From assembly GCA_002495885.1 (NCBI GenBank), contig DAHG01000033.1:18477-82476 (forward strand): DNA of 64,000 bases, given 5' to 3'. Position 1 is the stretch's first letter, and each line of letters starts with the position of its first letter. The notes below the pieces were generated by a model that searched no databases, had not been told where the DNA came from, and worked only from the letters and a program-made list of their open reading frames with translations. Positions 1 to 7,838 of this stretch are shown one piece after another. This stretch comes from Methanocellaceae archaeon UBA148 (lineage in GTDB: Archaea > Halobacteriota > UBA148). The position numbers were made by a program, and so were the translations under genes.

Positions 1-316
1 TATGATTGACCCAAAGCGAGAAGGATGAGCTTATATCATAAGATATATCACCTGGCTTTTCAACCACTTCAGAAATCTCAAAGCCACTGGCATGCCTTAA
101 TAGATCAGACATAAACGGTAATCCAAGCCTCTGTGCTGCCATCGGATGTATTGCTATGCATATCAGCCCGCCTGCATCTTTGCGCATAGTAGCAACGCGC
201 TTTGGAGTCGTAGCATGCGCTGGCATTACAATATCAGTCTCACCCTCTCGACAGTCAGAATCGTATAGTAACACCATACCCCCTTTCCTTAGGGATTCGA
301 TTGCCTTAGATATCAT
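1..316 (-). CDS. ribB: 3,4-dihydroxy-2-butanone 4-phosphate synthase, N-terminal part (gene runs off the window start)
   Basis: Not in the ORF track because there is no stop in the window. Minus-strand translation from ATG 316-314 gives MISKAIESLRKGGMVLLYDSDCREGETDIVMPAHATTPKRVATMRKDAGGLICIAIHP..., which is DHBP-synthase-like. ATGA overlap with the stop of the upstream riboflavin kinase gene. Confidence 0.8.
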   Translation of the reverse strand, partial: MISKAIESLRKGGMVLLYDSDCREGETDIVMPAHATTPKRVATMRKDAGGLICIAIHPMAAQRLGLPFMSDLLRHASGFEISEVVEKPGDISYDISSSFSLWVNH

Positions 317-969
317 AGCAGTACCTTCACACTAAGTTGATCACCATTCTTCAGTCCCAATGCATTCCTCAGATTTTTTGAGGAGGTGACCTCCAACAAG
401 TCATTTGGATAATGAGACCTATCTGGAATGATGACAGCGCCTTTTGTCTTACCAATGATGACGTGGAAGCACTTACCTCCACCGAACGTTCGACTTTCAG
501 AGGGGAAACCATGTATTGGGATGCCACTGCTTTCGTCCAGTCTTTTCCTGAGAACGGTGCTCTTGTCGGTTAACATAAGATTCAAAGTGCCTGGATACGG
601 CGTGAATCCAAGTTTGCTTTCAAATTGGTTTTTATATCCCTCCAGCGATATATAGTATTGACCTTCTCCGAGACCTGTGACCACCTTTCCATGAAGTTCA
701 ATTTCCTTACCAGCTGGCTCAAAAATCTTTTGATATTCATAGTATTCACTTCTCAATGCATCTTTGCCGCTCTGGGTTATTAGGATCCGTTGTCCTTCTG
801 GAACGAAGACTCTGGAAATCAATCCCCCTTTTTCAAGAGCTTGTAGTCGACGAGATGCGGTTTGGGGGCTGGATGAGATTTGCTGAGCGAAGTCAGAAGA
901 GGATATCTGGATTTGTTCTCGAGTGGCACCTAGTAATGCCAATTTTTTGAGTGCATTGGTGTAAGCCAT
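313..969 (-). CDS. ribK: HTH-fused CTP-dependent riboflavin kinase (RbkR-type bifunctional regulator/kinase)
   Basis: The N-terminal ~80 aa look like a winged HTH (ISSSDFAQQISSSPQTASRRLQALEKGGLI). The C-terminal part carries archaeal riboflavin kinase motifs (GLGEGQYY, FTPYPGTLNL, GGGKCF). Confidence 0.8.
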   Translation of the reverse strand: MAYTNALKKLALLGATREQIQISSSDFAQQISSSPQTASRRLQALEKGGLISRVFVPEGQRILITQSGKDALRSEYYEYQKIFEPAGKEIELHGKVVTGLGEGQYYISLEGYKNQFESKLGFTPYPGTLNLMLTDKSTVLRKRLDESSGIPIHGFPSESRTFGGGKCFHVIIGKTKGAVIIPDRSHYPNDLLEVTSSKNLRNALGLKNGDQLSVKVLL

Positions 970-992
970 AATAAATCCTCAATTTTGATTTG

Positions 993-1010
993 CATATCAA
1001 TATTGATATG
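993..1010. promoter_or_regulatory. Perfect 18-nt palindrome CATATCAATATTGATATG, 24 nt upstream of the ribK/rbkR start codon
   Basis: Read directly: CATATCAAT is the reverse complement of ATTGATATG. It sits between a TTTAAAG-type TATA-like element and the ATG at 969. Confidence 0.4.
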
Positions 1011-1043
1011 GCAGGGCTTTAAAGTTTACGCTTTGCTTAGCCT

Positions 1044-1119
1044 TGCACAAAAAGTGGCTATTTTTCGGGACTTTTTGTGCAGACTTGAGACTTTTTGTGC
1101 AAAAGGCACTTTATGTGCA
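1044..1119. promoter_or_regulatory. Four copies of a 12-13 nt box (TGCACAAAAAGT and its complement) in the ribK upstream region
   Basis: TGCACAAAAAGT at 1044-1055. GACTTTTTGTGCA at 1069-1081 and again, identical, at 1089-1101. Degenerate CACTTTATGTGCA at 1107-1119. Confidence 0.4.
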
Positions 1120-1233
1120 AAGCTGCCTTGCTTTATATCACCCACATATCCATGCGCAACTCGTATCGGCTCTGGAAGTTTATGCCCGCGCAAGCAATGT
1201 CGAACTATATCAATCGTAGAATTCAGAGAGACC

Positions 1234-1782
1234 TTATGCCCCCGAAGCTATGATGATCGGATTACAACCTTTTTTGGATAGGAGGGATGCACCAATATAT
1301 TGGTCATGCAATATTATTGGACTATACTCCCCGCTGTTTATTGGCTTCTCGACAATACCGCACAACAACTTCTTTGCAACACCTATTGTTGCCATATCCA
1401 GAGCTACGCCAATGTGCGTCGCAAGTCCCGCTGACCTAGGATGATTGATGCCGCACCCATCGACCATTAATAAGTCGGGTCTTGTCTTCAAAGAGCGAAA
1501 GGCACTGATGATTGCAGGACCTTCCCTGAACGAAAGAAAAGAGGGGATATAAGGGAATTCAACCTCTTTTATCGAATACGTTTTTTCAATAACGTCCATG
1601 GTACCATAGTCCAGGATGACGATCCCAGAGATGATTTTGTCATCGAGAAATGCCTGGTCTACTCCTGCTATTGTCTTTAAATCTCCAAATTTATCCTCCA
1701 CCAATGCACAAGACGCAACAATTTCCTGAGCCGTGATAAGCGATCCAAAATCTTTTTCAGATGGAAAAATAGCTCTTTTCAT
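1234..1782 (-). CDS. nfi: Endonuclease V
   Basis: IAGVDQAF, FPYIPSFLSFREGPA, VDGCGINHPRSAGLATHIGV and TIGVAKK motifs typical of EndoV. Confidence 0.85.
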   Translation of the reverse strand: MKRAIFPSEKDFGSLITAQEIVASCALVEDKFGDLKTIAGVDQAFLDDKIISGIVILDYGTMDVIEKTYSIKEVEFPYIPSFLSFREGPAIISAFRSLKTRPDLLMVDGCGINHPRSAGLATHIGVALDMATIGVAKKLLCGIVEKPINSGEYSPIILHDQYIGASLLSKKGCNPIIIASGA

Positions 1783-2126
1783 TTCATATGCTCAAGGCTT
1801 TTCAACACCTTTTTTCCTTTATCAGTAAGATGATAGATCAGAAAGTTACCATCACGCTTTGAATTAATTAGATCAGCGCCTGTCAACTTTTTTAGGTGAT
1901 ACGAAAGTGCTGAGTGCTGATGCCCTGTTATTTCAACCAGAACACAAACACATAGGTCTTTGACCCCTAATGCCTTGAGAATGTGCAATCTGACAGGGTA
2001 AGATAGTATCCGGAGAATTGAAGTTACATCTCGGACATCTTCTTCTGCCGATGCTTTTACTTTTTTTAAAGTCTCTGGGGAGATGACATATTGGCGGATC
2101 ATCGAAATAGGACCTCGTTTCTTCAA
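1779..2126 (-). CDS. ArsR/SmtB family transcriptional regulator
   Basis: ILRILSYPVRLHILKAL...CVCVLVEITGHQHSALSYHLKKL, an ArsR-type wHTH with a Cys pair. 4-nt overlap with nfi. Confidence 0.8.
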   Translation of the reverse strand: MKKRGPISMIRQYVISPETLKKVKASAEEDVRDVTSILRILSYPVRLHILKALGVKDLCVCVLVEITGHQHSALSYHLKKLTGADLINSKRDGNFLIYHLTDKGKKVLKSLEHMK

Positions 2127-2233
2127 ATAATCTTCATCTAACGCGCCGCTTGGACGTAATCAATTTATTTTATTTTATATAAGCAAAGCGTGTGTATGCT
2201 CTTGATCTGCGACCTCCAAGAAAACATTTTTAC

Positions 2234-2413
2234 TCACTTATGACAAGCACTTGAATCAAAATAATGTCGGATTCTATTAAGTCTTGCAAGACCGATGACG
2301 TCCCCCACTCCTGCGTTGATGCCAAGTTCATCCAGCGCATCCTTCACGCGCCCCTCTATCATCTTGCATCTGGGGCAACTTGGCTCAAGTATTTTTATTT
2401 CTATATGTGTCAC
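2234..2413 (-). CDS. Small thioredoxin-fold-like protein with a CPRC motif (59 codons, possibly C-terminally degenerate)
   Basis: Below the ORF-track size cutoff. GTGA start/stop overlap with the DGC gene. VTHIEIKILEPSCPRCKMIEGRVKDALDELGI resembles the first half of redox-active disulfide protein 2. The expected second half (cis-Pro region) is not recognisable. Confidence 0.35.
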   Translation of the reverse strand: MTHIEIKILEPSCPRCKMIEGRVKDALDELGINAGVGDVIGLARLNRIRHYFDSSACHK

Positions 2414-2793
2414 CTCGCTTTTAATATCTCAGAAGAAACTTTGTCCACTACTTTCTTTACATCATCTGGATCAACAGATAGGTCATAGTTCTTTTTTACT
2501 TCCATCTCGGTAACTACTCCATAGATATCTACGCCAAATCCTGTATGCTCCAAAACTTTTTTAGAGCACTGGACCGGACATCCCTCAATTGCAACGATCT
2601 TCTTAGCAATTTTTGTCGATTCAATTAAATGGCTTACGTGTCCGCCAATACCTGCAAGGCAATATATTTTACCATGCCCCATCTTGGTCAGCTCTATTGC
2701 TGCTTGGTTTGCAATCTGCCCTACATTCGACCCGCCAGCGCAAGAGAATATTAGAGTCTCTATGGAGGTACAAAAACATTTACTCTTCCTCAC
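2410..2793 (-). CDS. DGC-domain (putative zinc-binding) protein
   Basis: IFSCAGGSNVGQIANQAA...YCLAGIGGH...IEGCPVQC. I prefer the GTG start at 2793, 2 nt after the stop of the upstream small ORF, over the track start at 2871. Confidence 0.7.
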   Translation of the reverse strand: MRKSKCFCTSIETLIFSCAGGSNVGQIANQAAIELTKMGHGKIYCLAGIGGHVSHLIESTKIAKKIVAIEGCPVQCSKKVLEHTGFGVDIYGVVTEMEVKKNYDLSVDPDDVKKVVDKVSSEILKAR

Positions 2794-2797
2794 GTTC

Positions 2798-2962
2798 TCA
2801 TTCCTCGCAGTCAAAACATTGAACTTTTTCGCCGTTCTTGTTAGTCCAAAACTCCTTTCCACACTCAGCACATTTTACTTTGCTTAGGGTCGATTTATTT
2901 TCCATGTACTTAGCCTGCTCTTGCATATAATGCGTACATGCACATGGTTCGTTGTTTTTCAT
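2798..2962 (-). CDS. Small zinc-ribbon protein (54 aa)
   Basis: Below the ORF-track cutoff. MKNNEPCACTHYMQEQAKYMENKSTLSKVKCAECGKEFWTNKNGEKVQCFDCEE has CxxC-x12-CxxC. Packed between the permease and DGC genes. Confidence 0.4.
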   Translation of the reverse strand: MKNNEPCACTHYMQEQAKYMENKSTLSKVKCAECGKEFWTNKNGEKVQCFDCEE

Positions 2963-2983
2963 TTCCACCCACTCCTCGGTAGT

Positions 2984-4048
2984 TTACATTCCAATCATAT
3001 ACCCAAATGCCATTCCTGACATCATGGACATTGCTATCACTAACAAAAGGTACAAAAACGCCCTCTTTGCGCCCATAATCCTACCAATGACGATCATGTT
3101 TGGCAAGCTCAGCGCAGGACCTGCCAACAGCAATGTCAGCGCAGGACCGCGCCCCATGCCAGAACTGAGCAACATTCCAACGATGGGTACCTCAGTCAGG
3201 GTTGCAAAGTACATGAGAGCTCCTGAAACTGATGCAATAGCGTTCGATGTTATTGAATTACCGCCAAGATATGTCTGAATTACCCAGATCGGAATAAGGT
3301 CAATTATGATTCCCGCTAGGAACACGCCAGCCAGTAGGAGAGGAGTTATCATCCTGACTAGGGTCCATGTTTCGCGCATCCACTCCTTCTGCTCATCTTT
3401 CGTGAGCCATTTAAAAGACAGGGCAATAGCGATTATGATGACCGATATAAGAGCCAGCAACTTGATACCCCATGTGATCTTGGAGGGGCCGATCACCAGG
3501 ATTGCGATCAACATTACGAAAATCGATGGTAGCCCATAGCTGGGTCTTTGATCATCTGTTGGTTGACCGGGCGGGGGTATTTGAACGTTCTCTAAAGCTT
3601 TCTCCCTATCGCGCATCTCAAATGCAAAAGCCATAACAAGACCGATAAGGATTGACAGTAATACCGCCGATAAAGCTCTTGCAACTCCAAGATCGTAGCC
3701 TATCACCTGCGCAGTGTAAACCACGGCAAGTATGTTAATCGCCGGGGCAGAATATAGGAATGCAGTTGCAGGCCCTATCCCAGCACCCCTTTTATAGATT
3801 CCAGCAAATAGTGGCAAAGCGGTACAGCTGCATACTGCCAGAAGACACCCACTAGTCGCAGCAATTGTATAGGATATGTACCGTTTAGTCCCAGCGCCCA
3901 GATATTTCAACAGCGATTCCTTGGACATCAGGGATGCGATGGCGCCTGCTAAGAAGAATGCTGGCACTAAGCACGTTAATACGTGAAAGGAAAGGTATTC
4001 TTTCAGCGAATCTATTCCAACCAAGAGCAGAGGCATTATGTCTATCAT
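2984..4048 (-). CDS. Predicted permease (UPF0718/ArsP-like, 8+ TM)
   Basis: Polytopic membrane protein with the GCLLAVCSCTALPLFAGIYKRGAG motif typical of this permease family. That family is commonly found with ArsR and thioredoxin-like genes. Confidence 0.75.
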   Translation of the reverse strand: MIDIMPLLLVGIDSLKEYLSFHVLTCLVPAFFLAGAIASLMSKESLLKYLGAGTKRYISYTIAATSGCLLAVCSCTALPLFAGIYKRGAGIGPATAFLYSAPAINILAVVYTAQVIGYDLGVARALSAVLLSILIGLVMAFAFEMRDREKALENVQIPPPGQPTDDQRPSYGLPSIFVMLIAILVIGPSKITWGIKLLALISVIIIAIALSFKWLTKDEQKEWMRETWTLVRMITPLLLAGVFLAGIIIDLIPIWVIQTYLGGNSITSNAIASVSGALMYFATLTEVPIVGMLLSSGMGRGPALTLLLAGPALSLPNMIVIGRIMGAKRAFLYLLLVIAMSMMSGMAFGYMIGM

Positions 4049-4065
4049 ATCACTCCAATAAAGTA

Positions 4066-4126
4066 TTTAAAAATATATTGAAATACCTTGACTTAAAGAT
4101 TATGGTTTAAAAATATTTTGAAATAC
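4066..4126. repeat. Two 21-nt direct repeats (TTTAAAAATATATTGAAATAC / TTTAAAAATATTTTGAAATAC), 40 nt apart, upstream of the permease operon
   Basis: Copies at 4066-4086 and 4106-4126 with 1 mismatch. Each contains a TATA-like TTTAAAAATA. They lie in the 77-nt spacer between the GT2 stop and the permease start. Confidence 0.6.
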
Positions 4127-4818
4127 TACTTTTCGTGCAGGTACTTCAAACTCCAATAAACGTAACGCAAACCATGTAGGATCTGCTTGAACCTATGGTG
4201 CGTGGAAAACTTGGTTTCGCCTATCCTCTCCCTAAAACCAACAGGGTTTTCTCCTACGCTCAGCCCACACTTCCAGATATTGTATAGTAGATCGTATTCA
4301 ATCTCAAATCCATTTGCAATTAAATTGGGAAGAATTTTATCAGCCGCATTTCTAGTAAAAACCCAGCAACCTGTCTGAATATCCGTCAATTTATACCCAT
4401 ACACCCATGAGGCAACAGTTGAAGTGAAACGATTTATGAATACTGAAAACCATCCAAGGAGTTCCCTCTGTCTGATTATATCACGGCTACCCAACAAAAC
4501 GTCAAAGTCGTTCTTCTCGAGAACTTTTAACATTCGCTTGACGTCCTTAGGATCATTGCTATAATCAGCATCGATAATACCAAGATGATCATAATTCGTA
4601 TTCAGGAATTCTTCCATAGCTGTTCGAATAGCACACCCCTTACCCTTGCCATATCTTTGGGTGATGAATTTCCAATTATACTTAAGTGCAACGTCCTTCG
4701 TTTTATCGGTCGAATGCCCATCCACTATCAGAACGTCAAACTCGGCAGGAATCTCGTCTGCCAATGCTCTTAAAGCCCCCTCTTCGTTTAGAGTGGGTAG
4801 TAATAAAAGCAAACTCAT
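4126..4818 (-). CDS. Family-2 glycosyltransferase (dolichyl/polyprenyl-phosphate sugar synthase-like)
   Basis: LPTLNEEGAL...VDGHSTDKT...GKGKGCAIR...IIDADYS, a GT2 signature. 4-nt overlap with sepS. Confidence 0.75.
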   Translation of the reverse strand: MSLLLLLPTLNEEGALRALADEIPAEFDVLIVDGHSTDKTKDVALKYNWKFITQRYGKGKGCAIRTAMEEFLNTNYDHLGIIDADYSNDPKDVKRMLKVLEKNDFDVLLGSRDIIRQRELLGWFSVFINRFTSTVASWVYGYKLTDIQTGCWVFTRNAADKILPNLIANGFEIEYDLLYNIWKCGLSVGENPVGFRERIGETKFSTHHRFKQILHGLRYVYWSLKYLHEK

Positions 4819-6359
4819 CTTTCAACCTTCACCGTAATAAAAACAGGGCCCCTGATATCTATCTTCTTGTTTTGGCCCTGTATATATCTGACCGCAACCG
4901 GATCGATTCTAAGATTGACATCAGAGTGCGACCTTGCCATTCTTGTTCGAACCTCACTGCATCCGTGTTCAATTTCATGCGCTGCTAATGCAGCAAATCC
5001 ATCGATGAATCGAATGTTGGTCTTAACGCCCGTATCAAGCAAATCCTCATATTTCTTTGTCTTGGGAACTCCGAAGATCGATCCATCATGGACCACAACC
5101 TCATTGAGAAAGGCGGGTCCGCAGAGCTTTGTGTTTTCCTCCGGTTCAACTATGTACAAAGTCACTTGCTCATCACCAAGCTCGCCTTTCCAGGCATCAA
5201 ACCTACAGGGAGATGGCTCATTTCCGTGCTCCTCACAGGTCTCGACTATCGCTTTGGCGATTTCCTTCCCGACAGCCGTATCAGGTGTCTTATCGAGGGA
5301 TGTCATCCCTGCAATTTGCTCGTCGCTAAGATGGAACTCAGCGTATATTTCTGGGAAATGAACCTCTCGTATATCAGAGATGTTCTCGGATATCATGATA
5401 ATCCTGCCCAATCCAGGCCCTGAGTTAAACACAGGATACTTGAGGTCATAGTTAGCGAGAGAGACAGGCGAGTACATGCCAATCTCCGTAACTTCAACCC
5501 AACCTATTTCGGGATGTTTGACGAAAACCTCATAGTTTGTCCCAGGTGCATAGTAAGCAGGATTACTTGGTTTATGCCTAAATTTTACCTCATACCCCAT
5601 TCGACGGAAAAATTCCTCGGTGATGTATTTTCCGTCGTCTATGGTGAGATTTTCGTCCATGACCACCATGCTTAGGTTGTAGTGCGCTCTCAAGTGTGTC
5701 GAATCCTCTTTTTGCTCTCTCCGAAAACGCCATCCAGCGGTGAACAACATCACAGGCAAATCTCTTTTGTCTTGAACAGCCTGAAGCGTCGGAAACCAGG
5801 CTGTTGTGATGTGGGACAATAAGGTCAGGGAAGAGGGCGTGGGCTTGATATCTTTTAGTTCCAAAAATATCTCGTTGATTAAATAATGCGCGTCCTCTGT
5901 TTTTATGCCCAACCTAGTGATCAAAGCCTCGGTAAAATCCTCTCCACCTACGATATTTTCCCTCTTATAATCCCTCAGGATACCCTGGAGTTCCTCAAAT
6001 TTATCGAAGCCCTTGAGTTTCCCCTGGATCAGTTTTTTCTTCGCGTCAGATAAGCCAATGTCTGGTCTGGGAAGAGTTGCAAGATAATACAGACGATCCA
6101 ATATTGCTGGTGCCTCGGGCCCATACTGAAGCCGAACGTGTTGTTCTTCCCAAATTGGCTTGAGCACAACCTCATCAAAGCCCATGTCCAGAAGGAGGTC
6201 TCTGGTTTTATCCGAATAGATCGTGATCAGATGTTTTTTGCCCTTCCTCTTTGGAAACGTAAAGCTCCTTTCCCCAATAACAAATCTTGCCGTTTCCAAC
6301 CAAGTCTTCTCAAAATCCTTTTTTGCCCGCTCTTTGATGTTGCTTGGATCAAATTTCAT
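4815..6359 (-). CDS. sepS: O-phosphoseryl-tRNA(Cys) ligase (SepRS)
   Basis: MKFDPSNIKERAKKDFEKTWLET... with a class II core, read by eye as SepRS-like. I prefer the ATG at 6359 over the track's TTG at 6374. Confidence 0.85.
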   Translation of the reverse strand: MKFDPSNIKERAKKDFEKTWLETARFVIGERSFTFPKRKGKKHLITIYSDKTRDLLLDMGFDEVVLKPIWEEQHVRLQYGPEAPAILDRLYYLATLPRPDIGLSDAKKKLIQGKLKGFDKFEELQGILRDYKRENIVGGEDFTEALITRLGIKTEDAHYLINEIFLELKDIKPTPSSLTLLSHITTAWFPTLQAVQDKRDLPVMLFTAGWRFRREQKEDSTHLRAHYNLSMVVMDENLTIDDGKYITEEFFRRMGYEVKFRHKPSNPAYYAPGTNYEVFVKHPEIGWVEVTEIGMYSPVSLANYDLKYPVFNSGPGLGRIIMISENISDIREVHFPEIYAEFHLSDEQIAGMTSLDKTPDTAVGKEIAKAIVETCEEHGNEPSPCRFDAWKGELGDEQVTLYIVEPEENTKLCGPAFLNEVVVHDGSIFGVPKTKKYEDLLDTGVKTNIRFIDGFAALAAHEIEHGCSEVRTRMARSHSDVNLRIDPVAVRYIQGQNKKIDIRGPVFITVKVER

Positions 6360-6467
6360 GATTCTACATCCCAAAAGAGGATATTGTGGATATATTCTAT
6401 TATAAATTATCTATATGAGTCACTCTTTTATAGTAGAAATCACATATCAACATCTTAGGTGTTATTG

Positions 6468-6581
6468 ATGGCAAAAAAAGAAGAACAGGGTGAAGAAAAG
6501 CCAAAGGCAGAAAAGACAGAGATAGCGGGTTCAAAGGGAATCGTTACTAAGATAAAAAAATTATTCAGTAGAGGCAAGTGA
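6468..6581 (+). CDS. Possible 37-aa lysine-rich small protein
   Basis: AGGTG lies 6 nt upstream of the ATG. Product MAKKEEQGEEKPKAEKTEIAGSKGIVTKIKKLFSRGK. Below the track cutoff, and its 3' end overlaps the convergent taw1 stop region. Confidence 0.2.
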   Translation: MAKKEEQGEEKPKAEKTEIAGSKGIVTKIKKLFSRGK

Positions 6582-7490
6582 AATCCTCTCGACATTACCT
6601 TTCTTAGATAGAAGCACAACTCTACTAACCTTAGAATCATCAGCGATCTGGTAGCCAGAGGCATAAGCTAAATGCTCAGCGAAATTTAGAACGCTGGCAT
6701 GAGAAGGCATAGCACTTCTAGGAAGCCTCTGTCGTGAGAAGCCCAAGTGCATGTATGCCTTTGTTTCTATGTAATCCGGCTCTGCCTTATCTATCAGGCG
6801 CGCATATTTTTCCAGCTCTTTCAGATTTAAGCCTTCTACGAGCGTGATTCTGATTACTGTCCGCGTATTTAAAGTGGACAAAAGTTCTAAGGATTCATTT
6901 ATTTGTGACCATCTATCTTGGATGGGATTGCAAATTCTGGTATAAGTCTCTCGGTCCGGCGCATTCAAGGAGATATATAGTTGCGTGGGTTTTACTTTGG
7001 CAAGCATTTCCGGGTTCGTCCCGTTCGTCACGAGAAATGTGCTCATTTTACGCCTGTGAAATTCGTCGATCAACTCTGCCAGAAAAGGGTATAAAGTCGG
7101 CTCGCCCACAAGGGATATCGCCGCATGCCGAGGATGTTGTGCCTCCTCAAGTTTACTGAGATTTGTCGTAGCTGACCCGGCATAGCCTGAGATCAATCTC
7201 ATCTGTTCACCCATACAGCCGTCCACAATGGTCTCAGGAGGGTCCCATTCGTGTTTGGGCATGATCATCTCTACGGGCCGCCAACAGAAAAGGCAGCGAT
7301 GATTGCACTCCAACGAAGGGGTCATCTGTAAGCACCTGTGAGAGGATATGCCATAGAATTTCGACTTGTAGCAAACACCTTCGTCTCTGAGAGATTTTTT
7401 AAGCCACAGGCAGGGCTTGACTGCGCTATGCTGCCCTATCAAATGATGTCCTTGTTTCCCAAGCAGATGTGCATAATTCTCTTGCTGCAC
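6561..7490 (-). CDS. taw1: tRNA 4-demethylwyosine synthase (radical SAM, Tyw1/Taw1)
   Basis: CNHRCLFCWRP radical SAM cluster motif, preceded by the CYKSKFYGISSHRC region typical of Taw1. Confidence 0.85.
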   Translation of the reverse strand: MQQENYAHLLGKQGHHLIGQHSAVKPCLWLKKSLRDEGVCYKSKFYGISSHRCLQMTPSLECNHRCLFCWRPVEMIMPKHEWDPPETIVDGCMGEQMRLISGYAGSATTNLSKLEEAQHPRHAAISLVGEPTLYPFLAELIDEFHRRKMSTFLVTNGTNPEMLAKVKPTQLYISLNAPDRETYTRICNPIQDRWSQINESLELLSTLNTRTVIRITLVEGLNLKELEKYARLIDKAEPDYIETKAYMHLGFSRQRLPRSAMPSHASVLNFAEHLAYASGYQIADDSKVSRVVLLSKKGNVERISLASTE

Positions 7491-7706
7491 GTTCTAAATC
7501 TCCTGTTTCTAAATCTACGATGTAGAATTGGATCTAGCGCAGATTAAATATAATGTATTTAACTCTAAGAAATAGTTTCGCTGCGTACATATCAGATTAG
7601 AGATTGTATTGGATGTACAATATATTCTGGAAGGGCGCAAAGGATAAGATAATTGAGATATATGGTAATATAAGCAACAAATAACTGAGCAAGATAAACA
7701 ATCTTT

Positions 7707-7729
7707 TATATATATATATATATATATAT
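7707..7729. repeat. (TA)11 microsatellite
   Basis: Read directly in the A+T-rich spacer upstream of the TIR gene. Confidence 0.9.
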
Positions 7730-7838
7730 TTAGCATATAGAGTTAAAATAAAGAAATAGTTTAGATAGAAATAGTTGTAAGCAAGCTTAAAAGTAAAAAT
7801 GAGGATAAGCGTTAGAATAAGTATTGAAGGGTATCACC

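Noticed and set aside
985-1281. 98-aa plus-strand ORF covering the ribK upstream region.
   Set aside because: It is built from the repeated TGCACAAAAAGT-type boxes and the 3' end of nfi. The product is Cys/Leu-rich and non-protein-like. The repeats are better explained as regulatory DNA.
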